In this document: piece by piece, positions 1-10,041 of the stretch
Layout: each line of letters opens with the position of its first letter
Position numbering within the stretch: the first letter of the stretch is position 1
NCBI GenBank assembly: GCA_021513715.1
Contig: CP084167.1
Coordinates: 2,176,001 to 2,240,000, forward strand
DNA length: 64,000 nt
Direction of reading: 5' to 3'
Source of the DNA: Candidatus Heimdallarchaeum endolithica
Lineage (GTDB): Archaea; Asgardarchaeota; Heimdallarchaeia; Heimdallarchaeales; Heimdallarchaeaceae
Notes under the pieces: generated by a model
Seen by the model: the letters and a program-made list of their open reading frames with translations, nothing else
Told to the model about the DNA's origin: nothing
Databases searched by the model: none
Translations under genes and position numbers: made by a program

Positions 1-564
1 CGATGTTAATGTAAGAATTGACATGAATAATATATACGTTAATAATAAAATTATTAGTGTCATGCTTGTTTTGAAAGTAAAATCTACTAAACCGCTTGTA
101 AAAGGGTAAATTAATAAAATTGGAATTAGAAAAATAATGTTCTGAAGTGAATAGTATATTACTTCCGAGATTATTTCTAAAATAATATATCTCTTAAGCC
201 CAAATGGTGTTAAAACTATTGATTCAAAAGTACCTTGTCTCATCTCATTTGTTAATGATCCTAATCCTGCTCCTAATATTATAGTACCATATGACGCAAT
301 TAATAACCCAGAAAAAATATAAGAAACACCAGAAACACCATAACTTTCTGTAATTATCATTTGTTTTGGTAATAATAAAGATACGAAGAAATACATTGAA
401 AAAGCAATAAAGCTATTCAAAAATGAGTTAATGATTTTTATTTTGTATTTTGCTATTATTGAAATATTTCTCTTGAGAATTGCTTTGAATCCTGAGAATG
501 TTAATTGAAATTTTATTTGTTTAGTGGAAAATGCTTCTCCTATCTCTTCTAAACTCTCGTACAT
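1..564 (-). CDS. ABC-2 type exporter permease (3' end runs off window)
   Basis: Not in ORF track. Manual translation from ATG at 564 (MYESLEEIGEAF...GSLTNEMRQGTFESIVLTP...) is open to position 1. The E-x3-GT-x-E motif and hydrophobic helices are typical of ABC-2 permeases. Confidence 0.8.
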   Translation of the reverse strand, partial: MYESLEEIGEAFSTKQIKFQLTFSGFKAILKRNISIIAKYKIKIINSFLNSFIAFSMYFFVSLLLPKQMIITESYGVSGVSYIFSGLLIASYGTIILGAGLGSLTNEMRQGTFESIVLTPFGLKRYIILEIISEVIYYSLQNIIFLIPILLIYPFTSGLVDFTFKTSMTLIILLLTYILFMSILTLTS

Positions 565-576
565 CCTATTTCTCTC

Positions 577-1449
577 CTAATAAATTGATACACTTCCTTC
601 TTTTCTTATTTTTTTTAAGCTTAAGTTTACCAGAATCACTCCGAATATTCCAATAATAAAAGTAAACCCTCCTAAAATAGATGCATTTACTAATACGGAT
701 CTAACAAAATCTTCTGAAAATAAAGTTGCATATATTCCTTCTAACCCATATGTTAAAGGCATTATTCTAGAAAAGAACCATGCAACTGGATATCCTTTCA
801 GTAAAATTATAGGAAAAGTGATTCCTGTAAATGCTTTTGTTAATTCATAGAACATCTTTGTTAGTCCAATATTCTTTTTGTACCAAATAGAAATGGAACT
901 GAAGAATATACTTATTGATATATAGGATAACATTATTAGCAAGAAAAGGATAGCGATATAAATAGTAAAATTTAAGGAAAACCAAAAAGGTACCCTTAGA
1001 AAAACTGTTGCTATGAAATATGAAACTAATATGGAAAATGATGACAAAAAGATACCCGCAATTGATGTTCCTAATGCATATTCTATAATATTAAAGAAAA
1101 AAAATGTAGATGACCAGGTTCCAGTAATGATTTCTTGTAGGATATTTTGCTCTGTAGAAGCTAAAGCTGTTCCAACTACCATTTGAAGGGATAAACCAAC
1201 AAAAGCATATTGAAAATATGATATTGATACTCCATGGATTTTAATAGAAATGTCGTTTTCTCCAAAAAAATAAAACATGAAGAAATAAACTATATTCAAA
1301 AACAATGTCATAAAAAATGCGCTTTTGTAGTTTAAAGCTGTTTTTATTTTAGCTTCGATTATAGCTTTAGTTTTTTGAAAAAAGTTATGCTTTTTTGATT
1401 TTTCTACGAAAAAGGGAAGAATTTCTATTACGTTAACCATTTTTCTCAC
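577..1449 (-). CDS. ABC-2 type exporter permease
   Basis: About 6 TM helices, QEIITGTW motif and MPLTYGLEG C-terminal motif; overlaps the ATPase gene. Confidence 0.85.
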   Translation of the reverse strand: MRKMVNVIEILPFFVEKSKKHNFFQKTKAIIEAKIKTALNYKSAFFMTLFLNIVYFFMFYFFGENDISIKIHGVSISYFQYAFVGLSLQMVVGTALASTEQNILQEIITGTWSSTFFFFNIIEYALGTSIAGIFLSSFSILVSYFIATVFLRVPFWFSLNFTIYIAILFLLIMLSYISISIFFSSISIWYKKNIGLTKMFYELTKAFTGITFPIILLKGYPVAWFFSRIMPLTYGLEGIYATLFSEDFVRSVLVNASILGGFTFIIGIFGVILVNLSLKKIRKEGSVSIY

Positions 1450-2480
1450 CTATTACTAATCTTTATTTTCTGCTCTATATTTTCTTCATACTTTTTTTCA
1501 CTAGAATTTAGATAAGCTAAAAATGCTTCTTTTAATGATGGTTGGTAGGGTTGTAGTTGAAACACTTTTCCTCCTCTTTCAACAATCATACTATTTAATA
1601 GAGCAATCGTTTCAATAATCGGAAATTTCTTAGCCACAATTCGAGCATTAAAAATATTAGCGTTTTTCGATATTTCCTTTCTTTTTATTTCTACTAGCTG
1701 CCCTCCAATAACTTGTGAAATTAAAGCTGAAAAGATTTCTTTATTGAATTTTTTCATAGAAAAATGAATGTCAATGAAATTTTTTGAGGCTAATTGTTTG
1801 AAAGATTCAGGAGCACAATCTTTTATTATTTTTCCTTTGTCAATAAGTACAATTCGCTCAGTTAGACTGTCAACTTCTTGAAAATTATGGCTTGTGAGGA
1901 TAATTGTTGTTTTGAACTTTTTGTTGAAATACTCTAATATATTTCTTGCTTTATCTGATGTATTTGCATCAAAACCAAGTGTTGGCTCATCTAATAATAA
2001 TATTTTTGGATTAGGTATGAGTGTTCTAATAAATAGTACTTTTGTTTTCATTCCTGTACTTAATTTCATTACTAATACGTCTCTATATTTATCTAATTCA
2101 AAATAATCTAAAAGCAAATTAATCCTTTTTTTTGCAATTTTTTTTGGAACTCCTGCTAAACTTGAATAAAAAATCAAATTGTCATATATTGACAACCTAT
2201 AATATAAGCTACGCCCACCATTTTCTCCAAATAAAGGTCCAATAAGTTGCCTAATTTTTTTAGAATTTTTAATATTTATATTATTTATAAAAGCTGTTCC
2301 TTGATCTGGTGATACCAACGTTGCTAATATTTTAGTTAATGTTGTTTTTCCAGCTCCATTTGGCCCTAAAAGTCCTACAAACTCTCCTTCTTTAATAGAT
2401 AAGCTAATGTTATTTAGTGCTGTAATCTCTCTTCCCTTTACTTTGTATGTTTTTGTTAAATTAGATATTTCAATTGACAT
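1446..2480 (-). CDS. ABC transporter ATP-binding protein (DrrA-like)
   Basis: Walker A GPNGAGKT, signature LSTGM, Walker B LLLDEPT, H-loop TSH. Confidence 0.95.
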   Translation of the reverse strand: MSIEISNLTKTYKVKGREITALNNISLSIKEGEFVGLLGPNGAGKTTLTKILATLVSPDQGTAFINNINIKNSKKIRQLIGPLFGENGGRSLYYRLSIYDNLIFYSSLAGVPKKIAKKRINLLLDYFELDKYRDVLVMKLSTGMKTKVLFIRTLIPNPKILLLDEPTLGFDANTSDKARNILEYFNKKFKTTIILTSHNFQEVDSLTERIVLIDKGKIIKDCAPESFKQLASKNFIDIHFSMKKFNKEIFSALISQVIGGQLVEIKRKEISKNANIFNARIVAKKFPIIETIALLNSMIVERGGKVFQLQPYQPSLKEAFLAYLNSSEKKYEENIEQKIKISNR

Positions 2481-2496
2481 TCATTAAAAATATACT

Positions 2497-3981
2497 ATGA
2501 AAATATATAAACTCCAAAAATACAAGATATGTTTTAATTCTTTAACTTTATATAGCGAAATCCAGTTTATTATTTTGAGGATTTTGGAATCAAATCGAAT
2601 AGAAAATCGTGAGTATCAAAATTATATAATTGATCATATTTTTACTTCTGTTAATAGCAATCGGAATGTTATTTTAGAACTAGATTGTGGGATGGGAAAA
2701 AGAGTAATTATTTATCGTTTAATAGCAGAAGCTTTTTTAAAAGAGAAAATCTTGATTTTTCTTCAAAATCAATCAAGTTTACAGGAAACAGAAGATTACT
2801 TAAACAATAGATATGGAGGAATTGAAGATTTAGGGGTTATTCATTCAAAACACAGTTCAATCCAAAGAAAATATATCTTAGAAAATAGCAGGATAATACT
2901 TACACTACCTTTATCGTTTATGAATACAATAAAAAAGTACCCAAATATTGTATCTTCCTTTAAAATAATAATTATAAATGAAATCGATACTATAATTAGA
3001 AGAGTTAGTTATAAGACAGTATTGCGAAATCCATGGAATCACATAATTTCTAGATTTAGTCATTGTAAATTTATAGGAATGAGCGGGACTTTAAGAGATT
3101 ATCATACAATCTCTAGTGATAAGAAAGTTTTCAAAAGAAAAGAATTGTCTACGTTATTAGACTTTTTTCCAAATACTGATATCATTTATCTTGAAGATCT
3201 TAATAAAACAGATATTAATAATTATATTACCCACACAGAAATTTATCTTCACCCAGTAAACGATGATTCAATAAAAGAAATTATAGATTTCCTATCATTT
3301 GAAATTAAAAAAATAAAGGATAATATAAAGAAAGATCATTCTAGTGAACTTCAGAACGATGAGATGTTCTTAAATGATCTTCAATTTCTCGATATTGAAC
3401 CAGAAATAATAAAAAAGTTAAATCACCTTTTAATTTTAAGGAAATACGTTTATTCTATGCCTGTTTCCTCCTTTTGGAAACATCTACTTAGATTTGGATT
3501 TTCTCCTGAACAATTACCTCCCTATCCTCAGAAAACAGGAAAAGAAAATTATACAATAAAAGTTGCGCAGAGATTCAAAAAAGTTGTTATTTTATGTTCG
3601 TATTTATCATCCATTTACTCATTAAAAAAACGATTTTTATCTATTGGATATAATGTCTATGTATTAGAAGGAAAAACAACTATAAAAGCGGAACCTCTTA
3701 TAAATTTTAAAAATGCGAAAGAAAAATCTGTATTATTAATTTCTTCTGTTGGAGAACGTGACCTTGATATCCCACAAACAGATGTACTAATTGTTTATGA
3801 TTTAGTTAATAGTCCAAAAACTGTATATCAGAAGATGAAACGTAGTCGAGGAGGAAAGGTGTTTATTTTGTTTTATAATAACACCTCAGAACAGAATAAA
3901 GTCCGTAGAGTAATTAGTGATATTGTAGTTAAATATCCGTGGTCTATTATTTACTATGGAGAAAAAAATGTTAATAGTTAA
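2497..3981 (+). CDS. Hef/FANCM-like SF2 helicase-fold protein with degenerate motifs (true start may be ~2584)
   Basis: Q motif IENREYQ, motif I-like DCGMGKR, motif II-like INEID, motif III GMSGT, motif V VGERDLDIP. Confidence 0.7.
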   Translation: MKIYKLQKYKICFNSLTLYSEIQFIILRILESNRIENREYQNYIIDHIFTSVNSNRNVILELDCGMGKRVIIYRLIAEAFLKEKILIFLQNQSSLQETEDYLNNRYGGIEDLGVIHSKHSSIQRKYILENSRIILTLPLSFMNTIKKYPNIVSSFKIIIINEIDTIIRRVSYKTVLRNPWNHIISRFSHCKFIGMSGTLRDYHTISSDKKVFKRKELSTLLDFFPNTDIIYLEDLNKTDINNYITHTEIYLHPVNDDSIKEIIDFLSFEIKKIKDNIKKDHSSELQNDEMFLNDLQFLDIEPEIIKKLNHLLILRKYVYSMPVSSFWKHLLRFGFSPEQLPPYPQKTGKENYTIKVAQRFKKVVILCSYLSSIYSLKKRFLSIGYNVYVLEGKTTIKAEPLINFKNAKEKSVLLISSVGERDLDIPQTDVLIVYDLVNSPKTVYQKMKRSRGGKVFILFYNNTSEQNKVRRVISDIVVKYPWSIIYYGEKNVNS

Positions 3982-4000
3982 TTTTTTAATAATTGTAGTT

Positions 4001-4828
4001 TTAACCCTTAACTTTGTTTTGAATATATTCTAAAAATTTTGATGTTTCTTCTGTTTTTGCATGAAGATTAAATCCAATAGGAGTAATACTGATGGCCTTT
4101 TTTTCAATGACTGCCCATGTGTCTGAACCTTCTGGAAAGGATTTTTTTCTTTCTCCCCACAACCAAAGGTAAGGTAATCCTCTTGGATCTTTTTTTGCAA
4201 TCATATAATTGTCATATTTGTATAAATTTGGAAAAGTTATGAATATCTCTGTTTCATCTGTTATCTCTACAGGAAAATTAACATTTAGGAAAGCTAAATT
4301 TTTTGGCCATTCTGACTCCAATACTATTCTTGTTATATTTTTAGCTATCCTTGCCATTGGTTCAAAGTTTACTCCGTCTTGTTCTATTAATTGTGCATCA
4401 TCTGCAACATCTGATGAAAAAGCAATTGCAGGAACACCATTTAAAGCTGCTTCAAATGCCGCAGCACAAGTTCCTGATGTCAGAACGGAGTGAATTGAAC
4501 TATTATCCCCATAATTTATTCCGGAGACAACAATATCTGGTTTTTTATTTAGTAAATGAAAGCCAACTAGTACATTATCGGCAGGAGAACCTGATGTGCT
4601 ATAACCTTTTTGTTCCCCTTCAAATTTTACTGATCTATATCTTATTGGTTTATGAAAAGTGAGAGCTTTTGATATTGCGGAACTTGGAGCTCTTGGTGCA
4701 ATACAAATAATATTTCCTAATTCTGCCAATTCTCTCCGTAAACTTTGAAGACCTAAAGATGCAATTCCGTCATCGTTAGTTAATAAAATTGTTTTATCAA
4801 AGCTCATATGGTTAACAGTTTTTAGCAT
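4001..4828 (-). CDS. surE: 5'/3'-nucleotidase SurE
   Basis: ILLTNDDG, GSPAD, VVSGINYG, SGT and DPRG motifs. Confidence 0.95.
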   Translation of the reverse strand: MLKTVNHMSFDKTILLTNDDGIASLGLQSLRRELAELGNIICIAPRAPSSAISKALTFHKPIRYRSVKFEGEQKGYSTSGSPADNVLVGFHLLNKKPDIVVSGINYGDNSSIHSVLTSGTCAAAFEAALNGVPAIAFSSDVADDAQLIEQDGVNFEPMARIAKNITRIVLESEWPKNLAFLNVNFPVEITDETEIFITFPNLYKYDNYMIAKKDPRGLPYLWLWGERKKSFPEGSDTWAVIEKKAISITPIGFNLHAKTEETSKFLEYIQNKVKG

Positions 4829-5066
4829 TTGTTAAATCTTGTCATTTTTTATATTTCTATATTTTTTATCTGTTCTTAAGTGAGATGTGATTTTTTGAAA
4901 TGTGCTTTTTTATAATAAAATGTCATAAAATGGAAGAAAACTAATGTTAGCTAACCTCTAGCAAAAAACATCAAAACCAAAATGCTTTTAAAAATGAACC
5001 TTTGGGTGTTATTCAAGTACAACTTGAATAATAGTAAGTACATCTAGAAACTTAAAGGTGTTAAAT

Positions 5067-6350
5067 ATGAGTTCAAAGGAAAAACCACACTTAAATTTAG
5101 TGATCATTGGTCATGTTGATCATGGAAAATCAACAATGACTGGCCATTTGCTTTATTTATGCGGAGGCATAAGCGAAAGAGAAATGGCAAAATATGAAAA
5201 AGAAGCAGAATCTATCGGCCGTGGAAGTTTCAAATTTGCTTGGGTCTTAGATAAACTTAAGGAAGAAAGAGAAAGAGGAGTAACCATCGATCTTGCTTTC
5301 TACAAATTTGAAACCAATAAATACTATTTCACAATTATTGATGCTCCAGGCCATAGAGACTTTGTTAAGAACATGATTACAGGAACTTCACAAGCAGATG
5401 CTGCTATCCTCGTAGTCAGTGCGGGAACTGGAGAATTTGAAGCAGGAATTAGTGCAACAGGTCAAACAAGAGAACATGCTCTTCTTGCAAAAACATTGGG
5501 TGTCGATCAGTTTCTTGTTGCAGTAAATAAAATGGATCTCGCAGATTATAAACAAGAACGATACGAAGAAATTAAAAATGAAATGGGCCGTGAATTAAAA
5601 CGTTTTGGTTTTAATTTAGATAAGGTCGAATTTGTTCCTTGCAGTGGTATGGATGGTGATAATCTAAAGGATAAATCCACTAAGATGCCATGGTATAAGG
5701 GACCAACAATCTTAGAAGCATTAGACCAATTTGAAGTACCAAAGAAACCAATAGATAAACCTCTTAGATTGCCAGTTCAAGATGTATATACAATTACTGG
5801 TATAGGAACTGTTCCTGTAGGAAGAGTAGAAACTGGTATCCTTAAACCAAATGATGAAGTTATTTTCCAACCAACTGGTAAAAAAGCAAAAGTTATGTCT
5901 ATTGAAATGCATCATGAACAAATTCCAAAAGCTGAACCTGGTGACAACATCGGATTTAGTTGCAAAGGATTGTCAAAGAAAGATGTTCGTAGAGGAGACG
6001 TTGTAGGACATGCTACAAAACCACCCACTGTTGCAGCAGAATTCACTGCTCAAGTCCAAGTGATAAGACATCCTTCAGCTATAGCTGCAGGTTATACCCC
6101 AGTAATTCATGCAGGAACTGCTCAAGTTGCTGTAAGATTTGCTGAACTTGTCAAAAAGATGAGTAAAGGTCAAACTGAAGATAAACCTGCTTTCTTGAAG
6201 AATGGGGATGGTGCAGTAGTTAAGATGATCCCCACAAGAGACATGGTTATTGAAAAATACAGTGAGTTTCCAGAACTTGGTCGTTTTGCCGTTCGAGATA
6301 TGGGTCAAACTGTTGCTGTAGGAATAGTTAAGGACGTTGTTCCTAAATAA
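5067..6350 (+). CDS. tuf: Translation elongation factor 1-alpha
   Basis: [29 protein letters not shown] and GRFAVRDMG motifs; ATG at 5067 follows an AAGGTG SD-like sequence. Confidence 0.98.
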   Translation: MSSKEKPHLNLVIIGHVDHGKSTMTGHLLYLCGGISEREMAKYEKEAESIGRGSFKFAWVLDKLKEERERGVTIDLAFYKFETNKYYFTIIDAPGHRDFVKNMITGTSQADAAILVVSAGTGEFEAGISATGQTREHALLAKTLGVDQFLVAVNKMDLADYKQERYEEIKNEMGRELKRFGFNLDKVEFVPCSGMDGDNLKDKSTKMPWYKGPTILEALDQFEVPKKPIDKPLRLPVQDVYTITGIGTVPVGRVETGILKPNDEVIFQPTGKKAKVMSIEMHHEQIPKAEPGDNIGFSCKGLSKKDVRRGDVVGHATKPPTVAAEFTAQVQVIRHPSAIAAGYTPVIHAGTAQVAVRFAELVKKMSKGQTEDKPAFLKNGDGAVVKMIPTRDMVIEKYSEFPELGRFAVRDMGQTVAVGIVKDVVPK

Positions 6351-6361
6351 ATTCTTTTTTT

Positions 6362-6682
6362 TTACTTTCTTTTTTCAAACCAGTTTACAAAAGCTTCTCG
6401 TAAGTTATTACTTTCTTCAATAATTTGAATATCTTGGAAAGCATCACTACTTTTTTTCTCTTCTTCAATTGCATTTAAAGTTGCAATTCTAGATCTTCTA
6501 ATTTCTCCCCTTCCATCAACTGAAATTACTAAGGTATGGTCGTTAGCATGCATAATAACAAAATTGAATAATTGGCTGTCTCTTAATTCTTCTATTTGTT
6601 TCTTATCAATTTTGAAGTCTAGTTTTCTGTTACATTTAGAGCAAATTAGTGTTTTATTAATGAATTCTTGAATTTTTTCCAT
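6362..6682 (-). CDS. Small hypothetical protein with CxxC...HxxxH putative zinc site
   Basis: ATG at 6682 preceded by GGAG; CSKC and HANDH; last gene of the signalling cluster. Confidence 0.6.
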   Translation of the reverse strand: MEKIQEFINKTLICSKCNRKLDFKIDKKQIEELRDSQLFNFVIMHANDHTLVISVDGRGEIRRSRIATLNAIEEEKKSSDAFQDIQIIEESNNLREAFVNWFEKRK

Positions 6683-6736
6683 TTTTTTCTCCTTTTTCAA
6701 TTTATGCTATAGAAAATTTAACTAAATGTAATTGAA

Positions 6737-7324
6737 TTATTTGAGTGAATATTGTTTCATTGCGGAAATATGTTCACCAGACTCGTTTACAATTATCTTT
6801 TCAACTAAATAATCAAATAATGGATACACGTTATCTCCATACATACCGCTTACAAGAAAGTGCTTTTCAATACCATGTGTATTCATGAAATTATATATGT
6901 CTTCGATTGTTACCTCTGCATCACCAATATCTATTTTGTTTCCTACAAGCACTTCTGGAACTTGAAGAATGTTATTTTCTTTAAAATAACTGCGTACTAT
7001 CTCAACAAATTCATAAAGCAGATATAAGGTTTCTATGTCATTAACGTCGTAAACATATACAATACCTTTCACTCCTCTTAAGAAAATATCAATCATAAAT
7101 CTAAATTGTTTTTGACCTGCGAAATCCCAAATTTGTAAAGCGATTGGTGTAGATTTATGAATAAGATTCTTTACTGCTATGTCAACTCCTTTTGTCATCG
7201 TAATTTTTCCTGCTTCCGATAAATCTTCAGAATATTTTTTTGATATTGTTGTTTTTCCTACTGACCCTTCGCCTAATATCGCAATTTTTAGAGTTTTTTT
7301 TGTTTTCCAATTTTCTGAGATCAT
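6737..7324 (-). CDS. Rab/Ras-like small GTPase
   Basis: G1 GEGSVGKT, G2 TKGVD, G3 WDFAGQ, G4 NKID; no C-terminal Cys prenylation motif. Confidence 0.92.
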   Translation of the reverse strand: MISENWKTKKTLKIAILGEGSVGKTTISKKYSEDLSEAGKITMTKGVDIAVKNLIHKSTPIALQIWDFAGQKQFRFMIDIFLRGVKGIVYVYDVNDIETLYLLYEFVEIVRSYFKENNILQVPEVLVGNKIDIGDAEVTIEDIYNFMNTHGIEKHFLVSGMYGDNVYPLFDYLVEKIIVNESGEHISAMKQYSLK

Positions 7325-7366
7325 TGTTAAGTCAACTACTTTAACTATTTAAAACACCACACTTTT

Positions 7367-8701
7367 TTATTTACCAGCTACTAGGCCATGAATAGAAACA
7401 GTTGTGTACTTTGGTTTTTTACTGAAAATTGAGAATTCACACCCAGAATATAAAGTGATGAAAGGTACGTTATCTCCTAATCTCTCAGCAAGTTTCTTAT
7501 TTTCTTCTGCAATCTTGTCTCCTGCAATTAATAGCCTGTTGGCACAATTAATAAAAATACCAAATTTTGGATTAGTAATTTTCTCAGCGGCTTTATTTAC
7601 ACACTCATAAGCTGATTTTTCTATTCCTAATCCTGACTGTGTAAACAATTCAGCTTTTATGGGGTCTTCAGTTATTTTACTAGGGGGTAAAGTTGAAACA
7701 ACTCCCTTTAGTTTTGGATGATTTGCCGTCATAAATGGGTGGTAGTTTCCATCTTCTTCTTTAATTCCTGATAGATAAAGTGCGTTTGCATAAGAAAATT
7801 TCTCAAAGAATTCATTATATATATCACTTGGGACATCCATTATTTGTAAAAGTTTGTTATTTGCTCTCTCTCCGTTTATTTTTTGAATATATCCGCTTTT
7901 CAATTTGTGAGTGATGGAATATTCCTTTGTCTTTTCTGATTTATCAAAGGTCCAACTATGTCCAAATTTTATTGTATCTGATGAGAAACTTGTTCCTACT
8001 AAAGAATTGCTATAAATAAAATCACTTACAAATTGATAATTGTTTTCTAGATCAATATCGAAAGTTGCACCACCAATTAATTCTGAAACATTATTTATTG
8101 CTAGATAATTCAATAATTCATCTATATAACTTCCAGTACCCAGACCTTGTTTTCCTAATAACCATTCTAATCCTGAACCAAGGACATTAAACATCTTTTG
8201 ATATCTTATAGCAGGATAACTATCGAGTAACTTTAGTTGTTCCATTGCATTTGGTTGAAGTTTTGGTCCTGTAGAAAGAACAAAAGCTATTTTTGATTTC
8301 GCTTTTGTAGTATTATATATTTTTGGGAACTCAGTGATAAACTTCTTTTTCTTTGTTCTAATATTTTTGTAGATAATCGGTCTTTGAACTTTTATCTCGC
8401 TTCCCTTGAAAGTAAAAGCTGCTCCCCCTTGAGTTGTCGGGACTTCATTCTGGACTCCTATTGCTGGAAATGTCCCTCCAATTAGATTCTTTACTCCTGT
8501 TTCTTGAGTTAGTAGTTCTAGGGCTCTTTTGTAATCTGTCCTCTTATATTTTGATGTAAAAGCTATTAGCAGAAAATCAGGTATCCCTTTGATTTCCAGG
8601 ATTACATCATCAATTAGTTCTTTTACTACTTTCTTGAGCGATCGATTACTTACCATTCCTGATTTTACTTGCAAAATGGACACCTCACATATAGTTTTCA
8701 A
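7367..8701 (-). CDS. FIST-domain sensory protein
   Basis: PDFLLIAF..LIGGT N-terminal pattern, FGHSW, KINGERA, FINCANR and C-terminal LYSGCEF match the FIST N and FIST C patterns. Confidence 0.75.
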   Translation of the reverse strand: MKTICEVSILQVKSGMVSNRSLKKVVKELIDDVILEIKGIPDFLLIAFTSKYKRTDYKRALELLTQETGVKNLIGGTFPAIGVQNEVPTTQGGAAFTFKGSEIKVQRPIIYKNIRTKKKKFITEFPKIYNTTKAKSKIAFVLSTGPKLQPNAMEQLKLLDSYPAIRYQKMFNVLGSGLEWLLGKQGLGTGSYIDELLNYLAINNVSELIGGATFDIDLENNYQFVSDFIYSNSLVGTSFSSDTIKFGHSWTFDKSEKTKEYSITHKLKSGYIQKINGERANNKLLQIMDVPSDIYNEFFEKFSYANALYLSGIKEEDGNYHPFMTANHPKLKGVVSTLPPSKITEDPIKAELFTQSGLGIEKSAYECVNKAAEKITNPKFGIFINCANRLLIAGDKIAEENKKLAERLGDNVPFITLYSGCEFSIFSKKPKYTTVSIHGLVAGK

Positions 8702-9044
8702 TTGTACTAGCTTTTCTTTTTGTTTCGACAGCTAATAGACTCAAGTTTGCAGTATTATTTGCTAAAGTTGTTAATATTCCTATTTTTCCTATAGCAAAAA
8801 ACAGAATACATGTATCAGAAAGTTCGTAAGTGACTTTTTGAAGATTATTTCCTCTCATTTCTTGTGAGACTCTAGGAACATTATCCTTACACCATTGTAA
8901 TACCCTTATTTTTCTACTTGTATAGTTATTATCAAATGATGATTCTATTACACTTCCGTCGATTCTAAATAATACTACTGCTTCTACATCTTCTAATTCA
9001 AGTAAATCTTCTAATTCAGATTTTACTCTATTAATAGAACTCAT
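8685..9044 (-). CDS. Roadblock/LC7-domain protein
   Basis: 119 aa; VEAVVLFRIDGSVIES and ANLSLL patterns typical of the roadblock fold. Confidence 0.8.
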   Translation of the reverse strand: MSSINRVKSELEDLLELEDVEAVVLFRIDGSVIESSFDNNYTSRKIRVLQWCKDNVPRVSQEMRGNNLQKVTYELSDTCILFFAIGKIGILTTLANNTANLSLLAVETKRKASTIENYM

Positions 9045-9964
9045 CTTTTTACCTCTTGTACCATTCCACTATCAGCAAGTAATTTTATTATTTCATAAGT
9101 TGTTTCTTGATTTTTTTTGTTCGGCTTTTTTATTAGATCAATGCCAATTTCCGCTATTGTACGCTGTTTTTTATCACTAGATTTAGACCATAGTCTCAAT
9201 TTTTCTAAAACTTCTTGTTTTCTTTCTTCTAAGTACACATTGAACGATGTTTCATGTTCAGTTCCTGTTTCGATTTCAATACCTGTTCCATAGTTAAATC
9301 GTAATGGATAAATTCCTTCTAAATGAGCAGTTTTTCGTGATTTCACCACTTTACAAGTTCTGTTATACTTTCCACCTAAACCTAAGTTTTGGATGTGAAT
9401 TACTGTATCTGATAAGTAGATTGGTACTCTTGTCTCACTTGCACCAATATCTGTTTGTCCAAACGCATTTGGTTCTTCTACTGTCTGTAAAACTGTTCCT
9501 AAAGAACTTAGGTAATTATAGACTTTAGTTAAAACTCTTCTTTGTTCTTTCTCTGTTGTGAATTCCCAAAGAATGGGTGTTAATGGATCTAATACAATCC
9601 TTGTGTGCTTAACTTGTTGTGTTTTCAACTTTTTTGCAAGTGCAGGTAATATTTCAGTCATAAATTCTACTATTTTTTCACTTTCTACTAAATGAATGAC
9701 TTCACTTATATTTTGATGATGTTCTTCAAGATTAATACCAAGAGATTTTCCTTCTGATATTAACTTCTTTGGCTCTTCTTCAAATGATAAGTATAAAACA
9801 TCGTCTCCTGCAATTAATCCTTGTTGTAAGTATGCTAGTGCAAAAGTTGTTTTTCCAGTTCCGCTACTTCCAACAATAGAATTAACTGAGTTTTTTATAA
9901 ATCCTCCGTAGAGTAATTTGTCTATTCCATTAATTCCGGAAGATATTCTATCTATGTTTTCCAT
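9041..9964 (-). CDS. KaiC/RAD55-like RecA-fold ATPase with C-terminal extension
   Basis: RISSGINGIDKLLYGG, GSSGTGKT, YLSFEE, RIVLDP, SDTVIHI and VVKSR motifs. Confidence 0.9.
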   Translation of the reverse strand: MENIDRISSGINGIDKLLYGGFIKNSVNSIVGSSGTGKTTFALAYLQQGLIAGDDVLYLSFEEEPKKLISEGKSLGINLEEHHQNISEVIHLVESEKIVEFMTEILPALAKKLKTQQVKHTRIVLDPLTPILWEFTTEKEQRRVLTKVYNYLSSLGTVLQTVEEPNAFGQTDIGASETRVPIYLSDTVIHIQNLGLGGKYNRTCKVVKSRKTAHLEGIYPLRFNYGTGIEIETGTEHETSFNVYLEERKQEVLEKLRLWSKSSDKKQRTIAEIGIDLIKKPNKKNQETTYEIIKLLADSGMVQEVKR

Positions 9965-10041
9965 TATTATCAATTACTATACATATGAAAATTATATAAA
10001 GGCCAAAAAAATCCTTGAAATGAAAAAGAAGGTTTGTATAA

